Shown here piece by piece: positions 1-11,002 of a stretch of 64,000 nt of DNA (its first letter is position 1; each line of letters begins with the position of its first letter). The position numbers and the translations under genes were made by a program. The DNA is from Phoronis australis (taxonomy: Eukaryota; Animalia; Phoronida). The stretch spans positions 62,001 through 126,000 of the forward strand of contig NMRA01000142.1 in assembly GCA_002633005.1 (NCBI GenBank), written 5' to 3'. The notes under the pieces were generated by a model. It was not told where the DNA came from. It searched no databases and saw only the letters and a list, made by a program, of their open reading frames with translations.

Positions 1-1249
1 TGCTCAGTAACGTTTGCGCAATAACAATTAAACACGACCAAAGTTGTAACATAACGTTGAACGCGTGAGAGAAGCAACACAGCTCGGCGATATCATAGCG
101 CAATAAATATCACAGGGGAGATAATGTCTATTGCAAGACAATTACGTTACGCGCCGATGAACTGAGACCCAGCTGCATGACATCGCGGTATGAGGGTTAA
201 TCTCCCGCAGTCTGTTGATAACTGTTTACACTTGCGAGCCGGTCCGACGGGATTATATACTCGGGGATTGAACTGAGTTGAGCTGTCCCAAACATGCAAA
301 ATGAACTCAAGGTTTAAATTATTTTCCTATTGCACGAACCTCTCCGTCTTCATTACTAAAATTATCAATTGTCAGTAATCATCTGTCGTATCAAATATGT
401 ATGCTAGTTGTTTGATACTTGACACTGCCAGGTTTTCCATTCAAGTAGTAAAAGAGGCGTATGACGCCCGGAAGAACCATACCTCATCAGCACGCTAAAT
501 GTCGCAAGTGTAAAAAGTGAGTATTGAAAGATTGGGACGCGTTTGCTAACCTCCCACCGATGGCTCGAACTCCACGCAACTTATGTTCTACGATGATGTG
601 ATAATTCTCAGTTTTAGGACAAGGACCTGGAATTCTATGGTTGTAGGCTAAGAGAGTTAATGTGTTGTCTATGATGAGCATTAGTTATGTGCCCATAGGC
701 GGAGCTCCCAATGCAAAGTCATGTATACTCCCATGTCATTGAAACACATGAGCATTGCGCAACTGTTTTGTTATCAATGTCGAATTCTAAACCAAAGAGT
801 TTTGTGGCGTAGAAACTTTACGATACTCACCCGGTCCTGAATTGATGCCGAATGAGCTGGGAATTCGAGTCGCAATCAACTTACGTACATGCGCCATTTT
901 GGAATTCATAATTAGAGGATGAGAACCGTTTTTCTTGATTGGCCCTGATGGTTTTGTTCTCCTCAATGGTAACGGACATGAAGTACTATTACAGGATTGT
1001 CCTGAGGCTGATATTATGAACTCAAGTGATCATTCTTTTTTCGTTGACATGCGCAGTCACGCACGAGATGCAGTGCTAAATCTCCATACAGAGAGAATGC
1101 ATATGACAATAGCAATGCATATTATGGATAGGGTGTTAGTTTTGTCTAACCATCAATGTACTGTATTACGGTGAATGAATATTGCTTATTAGCGTAGGTC
1201 AGTTAGAACTTGGTCGTTTCCTGCGTTTTGAAGAGATTCTCCACATTAA

Positions 1250-1767
1250 AGAGGCATGGAACACGAAAGCTCATCAAAAATATATTTTTAACAATTCCTG
1301 ACAAAAGTATCATCTCGAAACGTCTAGTAAAGAGTAATTCACTTTAACCTGTGAGGAAATTTCCAGAAAAAATCACAAAGTTCACGATTACTGAAGTATG
1401 CGAGAAGGAAAAACTCTGTAGTTACCACAGAATTTCTAATCTGCCTCCCACTTATGATAAATGCACGCATGCGCTCACATGAAGTCACTTGATGTTAAAG
1501 GTCACATTTTCCATACGTCTATGTCTTGCTATACCAAGTAATGAGACATGCTTTGCATTGTGGGAGAAAATCGACGAAGTGGCGAACAGTTGACAGGTCG
1601 CTTTTTTGAAATTTGAAACTAAGAGAAAGTGCTTTGCTACCAACAGAAATTAAAAATCTTATCAAACAAACCCTGAACATACCTAGTGACAGATTGAATT
1701 CTTTTTAAGGGGCTGAGAACAACTTTCAATATTGCAATTTAGTCGGATTATCGCGTTCCAGGCCTCT
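1250..1767. mobile_element. TTAA-flanked non-autonomous DNA transposon (Kolobok-type MITE)
   Basis: Left end ttaa|agaggcatggaacacg and right end cgcgttccaggcctct|ttaa form a ~16-bp TIR with 2 mismatches; TTAA at 1246-1249 and 1768-1771. Confidence 0.7.
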
Positions 1768-2210
1768 TTAAGCATTGCTTTAATACGTATGATATTTCCA
1801 ATTTGCCGTAAGCTCAAAGCCGGGGGAATCCGAAGTGAGGTGGCTTCCCGAGAAGTGGTGATACTGACAGCGGTTGCACGGGGTTGAAAGTTACGGCAAC
1901 GAGGGGGAAGGGGCGAGACGGGAAGAGGTGACAAGGGGGGGGAACTGGCATGAATAAACCGGGCAGAGATACTACACTGAAATAATAACATACCAAAACA
2001 GCAAGTTGTTTAGTGTATTGAGTATTTTCAAACAATTGTTTTAACAGTGCCGTTGATTCCTGAAGGACACCTAGCCCCAAAACAGGCGCCACCCCCAGGC
2101 AATGGATCGTTCGTACGAAAGATCAGAAAAGCTCGCCAGGTCTCTTCAAGCAATGTGGAGTTTGTCAAAAATTCTTATCAGGAAACGATTGGACAAGTGG
2201 CTGGTAGGTA

Positions 2211-2871
2211 NNNNNNNNNNNNNNNNNNNNNNNNNNNNNNNNNNNNNNNNNNNNNNNNNNNNNNNNNNNNNNNNNNNNNNNNNNNNNNNNNNNNNNNNNN
2301 NNNNNNNNNNNNNNNNNNNNNNNNNNNNNNNNNNNNNNNNNNNNNNNNNNNNNNNNNNNNNNNNNNNNNNNNNNNNNNNNNNNNNNNNNNNNNNNNNNNN
2401 NNNNNNNNNNNNNNNNNNNNNNNNNNNNNNNNNNNNNNNNNNNNNNNNNNNNNNNNNNNNNNNNNNNNNNNNNNNNNNNNNNNNNNNNNNNNNNNNNNNN
2501 NNNNNNNNNNNNNNNNNNNNNNNNNNNNNNNNNNNNNNNNNNNNNNNNNNNNNNNNNNNNNNNNNNNNNNNNNNNNNNNNNNNNNNNNNNNNNNNNNNNN
2601 NNNNNNNNNNNNNNNNNNNNNNNNNNNNNNNNNNNNNNNNNNNNNNNNNNNNNNNNNNNNNNNNNNNNNNNNNNNNNNNNNNNNNNNNNNNNNNNNNNNN
2701 NNNNNNNNNNNNNNNNNNNNNNNNNNNNNNNNNNNNNNNNNNNNNNNNNNNNNNNNNNNNNNNNNNNNNNNNNNNNNNNNNNNNNNNNNNNNNNNNNNNN
2801 NNNNNNNNNNNNNNNNNNNNNNNNNNNNNNNNNNNNNNNNNNNNNNNNNNNNNNNNNNNNNNNNNNNNNNN
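2211..2871. other. Assembly gap (N run)
   Basis: 661 consecutive N. Confidence 0.99.
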
Positions 2872-3934
2872 GGTGTAGCTTTTAATTGTTATCAAATCCT
2901 TCATTTTCGACTATCTGTTTGTAAACTTTACAATTCTAAATTTTTAAATATGTGCATTTTAGGTACACCATTTCTTTTTTTCAATGTAGTCAAAATTTGG
3001 AGGTTTTGAGGCGTTGCTTATATAAGTGGAATATATGAAGACATGAAATTAAATTTTGCACTGGGTGGTTTCTACACCCATTGTCAAATAGAACCAAAAC
3101 TGCATTGGTAGTCAGTGAAATATTGGTTCTGTTTTGACCCAATTCTTTGCAGTGTTCCAAAACTGTTGAACAACATCACACTTCCAGCGTCATGATACAA
3201 AGCCTCAAGTTCTCACTTACAGAAAGTATACAAACAGGGAGGAATTACTCACCAATTCTTACAAGACTGGGGATTCCAATTCAATATAACAACCTAAACT
3301 GAAAGCACCGAACCTTCACATTAAGAGTAAAGTTCACACAATAGGGATTTCCCACCAGTCAGAAGTACTGGGCATAGCGAGCTCTTTCTGCCATTTCATC
3401 TCATACCGAGGCCTAGAATAATTAAGAAGCACAGAACTGTTGTAGGCACGTTTTATCCTTTTATACATGTATGTAAGTAATAATTTAGCAAAAATTGGCA
3501 TAAAAGGCGCACTAAAAAAGCTATGTCTCTTTTTAAATTTTCCAAGTTTTCCATTTACGGCGTAAAATTCAAAAACATCAATTGAACTTTGATAAAAACC
3601 ATCAACCACCACCAAATATCCGTCCTCGTCTAACAGATCCGAGATACAAAACACATTTTTCCTACCAATTCTCTATCAATATAATCTTGACTTTGGAGTT
3701 ACACCATGTTGGCTGATGTGGTGTTTCTTCTTGATCAATTATAGCACAGACTGTAGTACATAGACAGCCAACTCTGTAAGTTCCCAAAAATCTGTGGTCG
3801 TACGCAGAAGACGATTTGAGACGGACGTTTACAAAAGCGGATAGTACAGCGTCGATAATGTTGTCAAGCAGGGCAATTCCATGGGACAATCCTGGTTAGG
3901 AAAAGAACAAGTTTAGATGCAATATAGATGTAAT

Positions 3935-4341
3935 CATAGACTATAATACATGAACCGCCAACTCCGTATACTTTCAATGGACGAAATCTATGGTACACAC
4001 AAGCCGTTACGTCATTATTCATTAGCGACACCTGGCCAAATTAACTGGTGTTATTTCCGGCAAGTATGTCGTCTGCTAATCATGTTGTGTGGTCGGGTGG
4101 TAGTAGCATTGCTAAAAGTACTCACGATACCAACAGCTTTACCATTGGAAGACTTTGAACAGCGTTTCAATGCCGAAATTATTATTTGTTTCGTTGTACT
4201 GGGCAGTAAAATAGATGCGAGAATTTCTCGCCACAATACACTAACCGGAAACTGAAACAGATAATTTAGGAGAGTAGCTCCTCCTCGAGGATAGCACACA
4301 AGAAAATGTCGGAGTTGCGAATCTGTTGTCTATAATCTATG
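3935..4341. mobile_element. MITE with CATAGA termini, copy 1 (P-element-like ends)
   Basis: Starts catagactata, ends tataatctatg; flanks atgtaat/atgtaac suggest a 7-bp TSD; full-length homolog at 39811-40204. Confidence 0.75.
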
Positions 4342-4650
4342 ATGTAACATCGAACTTATCTTAGCTCAAAATGCGGTAGCTGGTGATCATCTTGTCTGAA
4401 AGGGTGTCTAAAGTGTTTTAAAGGAAAACGTGCAAAGTTGAGTCCTGCAAAAGGAATGTGATGAATCGACTTTATTCTGGAATCCCAATTTCATCCCGTA
4501 TAGGCACATCCGGGGAGAGGGTTACAGCGGGTTTGGGCCTCCGTATAGATAAAGTGCTAAACAAAAACCATGGAAATACTAGACGATTTCTATTTTTGTC
4601 ATTACATGAAAACTATTTTTTGATTTAGACCACTTAACGTTTTGAAATTG

Positions 4651-7600
4651 ATGTCAAATTGTTCCTTAGGTAAATTAGAGTTTTTTTCTTTATTTGAAAA
4701 GAACTAGGCTCTACAAATTGAAGCTCTACAAATTGGCTTATAACAGCTGATCATTTATGCCTCGAACATGGACGCAAGAAAATAAACGAAATGTCAATTT
4801 TCCAAGTCAAGAAATTGGTTCTAATTTTTCTGATGAAACCAGCCGATAACAATTCCATAGCAGTAAGTGGTCCAAACTGAATCTTATTTTCTTTGACGAA
4901 ACGCGACTTTTGTGCCACAGCCTAAAGCGCTCAGCAAGATCAGAAATTTCACAGTATAGCCTTGAAAACAATGTTATATATTGCTGACAAAGCGGTCGCC
5001 TAAAAGCAATACGTCCTGATTTTAAACTTTTAAACAATTCCTGGTGTAAAGCTTAAAATAGGCTGTTAGAGTTGTCACAAACGACCCCAATCTCGTTAAA
5101 CACAACGTCAAATGTCAGTTGATTACACGCATGACCATAGCACGACTCTACTATCCCCAGCGTCCGTTAAAATCCTTTGGAACTAAATTAAAAATCAATA
5201 CGTTGTAGTGGTATCAAGCAGTTGTATAAATTTTCAATAAGCAACACCTGTTATGCATGCCTTGAAAGACTCAATTACACTCAGACTTGCACGTGCTCCA
5301 TAATCTAAAGAGCGTATTCATTTAATACATTTCACGCAGGTGAGTGGTGTCGCCTCGTCTGCAGTCTGTCATCATGTGCGTTTCTCGGACTCATCTTGCC
5401 TGTCGTAGAAATCTGTATAGGTGAGTACTTGGATAGCTTTTAAAGGTAGATAATAGTTTTCACAGCCGATGGCACATTTTGAAGATTATTAGTGACTGGG
5501 ATATCACCACTGTCTACCAGAAATCAAGGCTTACTTATAACTAAACAATACAATAATCACACATTATGAGTGAAATCGAAAGGCTGTAATGTTCTGTTAG
5601 GCGGTAGCATGACACGTGCATATATAAATTCATGGGTCCATTTATGAACGCGTCCACTGACGTTAAAAGTCACGTGGCACACGCCAAGGTCTTTCTGAAA
5701 GTCTGCATATTGGTAGAACAGAAACCTTTCACTAAAGGTTTTATTACATTCTGGTCGCACAGTAGGCAATCACCATCGCCTCTGTTGGCCCGAACCAGAA
5801 GCGATGTAGAGGCTATAGGCGCTCTGTACGCCGGAAGCTTTTCGGCGAATTATGCCTCGCACCGACTAAACCATCAAAGCCACGTTGTTATAACTACCTT
5901 TTGCGCATAGACGAACACCTTAGGAGGTTGTCGATGTGTTTAAGTTCTTCCAACTCGAACAAATACTCCCGTTATGAAACTTTTTCTTCGAGCAGTCCCT
6001 ATTTCAGTTCCCAAAATCGTGAAATCAAAATTTTCATCTTTTTTAACCAGGCCGAAGGTCAGAAGTTGCGATCCTACCGGCGAACTTTGAAAGCTGAAGT
6101 TCCCGCCCTTTGCGTACGTGCTGCCGGGAACCAGCCGTGCATATGCCGTGTTGTTAAACATTAAAATGTCAAATATGTGCACAAAGACTATTAAATGTCA
6201 TATCAACAGCATTTATTTTTATCAAATACAAACAATAATTCATTGAAATACAAACAGTTTCAAGTAACGCCAATTAAAGACAAGTATAAGTGGTGGCATT
6301 TTGGAAACGAACATTTGACTGACAAGACCGCAATGGCTCACCTTCGGCCTATTTAAAAATTATTGAGGTTATGAAGTCACATCACCTAGCGAGCGCTGTA
6401 AAAGTTGGAGCGTGCGCAGCACAAAAATTTTGATTTCACGATTTTGGGAACTGAAATAGGGCCTGCTCGAAGAAAAAGTTTCATAACGGGAGTATTTGTT
6501 CGAGGTGGAAGAACTTAAACACATCGACAACCTCCTAAGGTGTTTGTCTATGCGCAAAAGGTAGTTTTAACAACGTGACTTTGATGGTTTAGTCGGTGCG
6601 AGGCATAATTCGCCGAAAAGCTTCCGGCGTACAGTGCGCCTATAGCCTCTACATCGCCTCTGGTTCGGGCCAACAGAGGCGATGGTCTTTGCCTAGTCGC
6701 ACAGTAGCTCCGATTCACAGTTGTCGAAAATTAACTCTGATGTGACTTTATCTGGTACAAAGAGTGGATTAAATCATATCTAAAGTTACAAAAAAACAAC
6801 TTTAATTTATCATGAAACAATGACATTTTCAATCTATTGTAAGTTAAACGATTGTGAAGTTACCACGCTTTAGTGAAGCAGTATCTAGTACTGTAAAAAC
6901 AAGAAGTTTACTTTTCGGTACTTCGAACTCATCCATGAACTATTTTCCTAGGAGGAGTCTATTTACACGACTGTCCAATCAATCATCTGATCCCGGTCTT
7001 CCTATTGGTGAACGGCAGTGTTGCTCTCGCGTTTTCCATCTTGGGTTGCCACGGAAACGTGAGAAAAAGTGTTGAGTATTTTCAAAAGCGGCGTCAGCAT
7101 GAGAAGTTGGACTCCTACGAGCAAGTTGACCAGTGCCTGAGCGGAAAAACTCGAGTAACGTCCAACTTTGCACAGTCCATCTTCTCAATATTCCTGTTGG
7201 CATGGCTCATAGCGGGTGAGTTGCATCTTTACCACTGTCAGCTTTAGTACATAGGCTAGCGGCTACAAACACCACCATCGCCATCTTCGTTGTTGGCGTC
7301 TTCCTCATGCCCGTCCTCTATCACTGCCAGTCGTATCATCTTCTCTGTCATACTTATTGAAGAACATACAGTGTTACTGTTAAACCCAAAATGAGCTTGC
7401 GATGACCATAAGAAACTATGGGTGGCATGACTCCATTCTGTATAACAAACAGTAGTATATTTAGTGACATGTCGGCCGAGACCTGTCATTTTCACAGTGA
7501 AGTGTCTTAAATAATAACTGTTTGTCTGAACTCTGTATGGTGTAGATGTTGTAAAATACGTCAATGGTGTTACTTATAGGTGCAGTTTGGGTGTTTGATG

Positions 7601-7866
7601 CTAAACCAAGCTATCACAGCGTTCGAGCAAGCACTACTGATCCGCTGTATTGCAACCCGGCTGTATTCAAGCTCAGTTTCTGGGTAATCATATTTCAAAT
7701 CGTCTGTTACGGCGCAGCCATCTTGTTCGTCATCTTGGTTTTCATCTGCTTATGCGTGATTTCCTGTTGCGTAAACGGAAGTGAGGAAGAAAAGCAATCG
7801 TTTGCAGCCATGGAACACGGTGCAAAAGAAGACCAGGAAACAAAACAAGAAATGGAATCAAACTAA
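4651..7866 (+). CDS. TMEM272: TMEM272-like four-pass membrane protein (spliced)
   Basis: Exons 5340-5420, 6952-7215 and 7580-7866 join in phase 1 at GT-AG sites: ...FLGLILPVVEICIG|GVYLHDCPINHLIPVFLLVNGS...FLLAWLIAG|AVWVF...LYCNPAVFKLSFWVII, the TMEM272 pattern (IGxxYLxDCP..IP.yL; WxIAGxxWV; YCxxxxY/F). First exon 4651-4669 (MSNCSL G|gt) is phase-compatible but tentative. Confidence 0.8.
5763..6695. mobile_element. Non-autonomous DNA transposon with ~272-bp TIRs and 9-bp TSD (Mutator/MULE-like), in a TMEM272-like intron
   Basis: 5763-6034 is the near-identical reverse complement of 6424-6695; exact direct repeat gtcgcacag at 5754-5762 and 6696-6704. Confidence 0.9.
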
Positions 7867-9375
7867 AACTCTATTTATCTATATACATATATATGGTGGT
7901 ATTAAGTCTTAAACGGTATAGACAGGTTACTGAATAAGACAACTGTAATCATTATACACGACAAATAGAATTATATTGTCCTCAAATGTGTTTTTGAAAA
8001 TACTTTCATGTTTTCACAATATTTCATGGTAAAGATGACTTCAGTTAAAGGGAGGGCAACCATTTTTAATGACATTTTGATTAAATTACAATTTTCTGGT
8101 TATCGTTAATAACTTTGAAATTAATTAAAAGCTCCTGGGCTTTAATTAATTGATTATGCATAAGTCACTCCGGAAGTGACGAAATCGCTCGTCGCACAGA
8201 TGTTAATTTTGCACCCATTTAGCCAAGCTCATTCGATACAAAGTTCGTCCATTTCCGTGCCACGTTATCATGTACTTCATTACATATAGTGATATTAGCA
8301 TTTGGAACAAATTTCGAGGGTTAACCATATTTTAGAATAAATTGAAATACTTAAGCGTTTCCGTCAAAATCCGACGGAGGCTATGAGGATATCTTGGCAA
8401 TCGGCCGTCGCATCTCCTGTTCATGGGATACATTTTAAATAGTTGAGCTTGCACACTTAGAACTAAGAACTAGTTCTCGTTTTCAGTCGCTGATTGACTA
8501 GATTTCTCAGTTAAGAAATTGCACTCGAGATTAGGTCACTTTTGGGTAACTCAACCCATCTCCTAGTGAATGCTTGCGGTTTCAAATGTAAACAAGGTCA
8601 GATGAAATCTGTATCTGCAGCTTCCGACCTCAAGAAACGACGTACTCGCAATTGCGGAGTTGGGTAAAATCTCACTAACTCGTCACTTTGCATTAAGATA
8701 GCCAACTTTTAGTGCCGCAGACGTCTGATAGGTGTCGCTTGCAATGCTGCGAATTGCGATGCTAACACCGCCACGTGGCGGCGGACTAAATTCTGTAGGT
8801 GACGACCAAAAATAACGGCAAAGAATCGCAACTGTTACAGCTCAGACAGGTTACAGTGAGAAATAATTGGAATTTTTAACTTATTCACTAACTTCTTATG
8901 TTATATGCGTTCATTCCGTTGTATTCAACGCCTTATAAGAATGAAGAGCTTTTTTCGGAATCGTCACACGGTTCCCTCGAACACGTACAGCGCTTTTTCT
9001 ACCTATCTCGGTCCGCTTTCATCGTCTAGTCATGAATACGCCAGTCACGATCTCGGTGTGGCACGCTATCACAACTTATCTGCTATCGCGACACAGCCAC
9101 ATTTTCACGCTGTTGCCATAGCACATCCACTGTACCATTCTTGTTCAAACACGATTCTTAATACTAAACGACTATCATCGTATTATGTAAACCCGTTTCC
9201 AGAAGTACCTACTCCGTCTTAACACAATTCACACACAGATCTTGTCTGACTGAAACGTCGCTGGGACTGTAGTCGACATGCATGCTGATAACTTACTAGA
9301 CACCTTGAGTTCAACATTTTATTCTTCTTTGTACATACGTCTTGTACAAACGCAGTTTTCGTTTGAAAGACATTG

Positions 9376-9537
9376 CAGTGGCGGATTTAGGGGGATCCAA
9401 GGGGGCCATGCCCCTACCCCCAAAATTCTCCAATATTCCATTTGGCTGTTTGGGGTGCGAATGTCTCAGTGGCGGTCAAAATCCTGGCTAACACTCTGCC
9501 CTGGCCTCCCTAACTCAAAATCCTGGATCCGCCCCTG
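9376..9537. mobile_element. Short MITE with 5-bp TSD (hAT5-like), copy 1
   Basis: cagtggcggat...atccgcccctg termini, flanked by cattg/cattg; homolog at 55467-55625. Confidence 0.8.
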
Positions 9538-11002
9538 CATTGATAGCGTAATGCAGGTGCAAAACAGACTGCTGCCCCATGTCAGTTGACGGGGACAATA
9601 CAGCATGCGCCGCTCGAGTATTACTGAGATACCTTGTCATCTTGCAACAAATCTAAAAGTAGATTTTACGTTTCACATATAACATGCTTATTTTGAAGGA
9701 CATTTCTAGAACAATTACGCAACACGAAATACGTTTATTTTATTAATCTTTGTTAAACAAAACACAGATAACGAAACGTGATTGACAATTGTAGTAAAGC
9801 AAACCATGACACCCACAAGCATACACAAATGCATACCTGTGGTGGGGTTCATTTGCAACTCTAAGTTTTCTCAAAATAGTATCATAAGGGGCCAATATTT
9901 ATTACTACACATGACGATTTTTCGCCTGGTCTCACAATTTTCAGGGTTTTATCATCAACAATATCTAACTACAATAAACACCAGGTTATTACTGACAAAC
10001 ACATCAGACCCATACTCCAAAACCATAAATGAATGGATGGAACTACTTTTCAAGACCAGCTACATCAGTGAATAAACATTTTGAAGGATATGACCCAAAC
10101 CGACACTAAGCTTATCACCAAACTTTCTGTGGTAATCGTGAACAGCAGCAATTTTATAGATGAACCAATGGGCCAACTGAAAAAATGAAATAGCCGTTTT
10201 AAAATACCCTAATTGTGGGATAATATCACTTGTGCTAATTTTTTATTGTTAAAACTTTTTTCTTCAAACTGAAAAACAATTGTTAAATACGTGTTTTTCA
10301 ATTTTGAAATTTTCAAAAGCTTCCCTTTTAAATTATTCCAAATTAGGAGTTGTATTTTTAAGTCGCTGCCGGTAGACGTGAACTTTCCTAAACGTACAGT
10401 AAAATTTATTATAGATTTTAATTACGAATTTGCTTGAATGTTGAAATTATGAAAATTTCCGTCAGGAAGTATCAGTCCGTGATTCACAATAATGCAACTA
10501 CTTACTGCCGCAGCATAGCTGGGGTTCCTCCCCTGCAGAACAAGCACTCACTCACTTTCCGTAAAATACTGTAACATGCTTTTAACACACAAAAATATCT
10601 CCTGACAAGTAGTTCGGTATCGGCTGTCGAGCTGAAAATATATCAGAGGCCAAACTAGTCCGGGTATCCAGACAGGGCCACAGGTGTGTGCGTACAGAGA
10701 ATGACCGGTGTAATTGTCGAATTTGTTGATTTATAGTTTACCAATGAATTGCTGGTTGTCTGGAACCGTGCCTGAAGAGCCACGCTTGACGAACAAAAAT
10801 GAAAATGAAGCGATTAAATTGATAACAACGATCGATTAGAACTCGGTCGAGTAGATAGCCGGAAATTCGCAGTGCAAACTCTCGCGATTAGATCTCGTGA
10901 TGCTTAAGGCCCGTTACGCAACTTCTAGACATACTGAATATGGCTCGAAGGAAAAGAAATCACGGTCTAGTAGCGAGTCGACAAAATTTCAAGGTTTTCG
11001 CT

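Noticed and set aside
2047-3009. Long ORFs of 250-320 aa
   Set aside because: They only span the N gap.
5901-6557. Mirror-image ORFs MRIDEHLRR/MRIDKHLRR on opposite strands
   Set aside because: Translation of the two TIR arms of one element.
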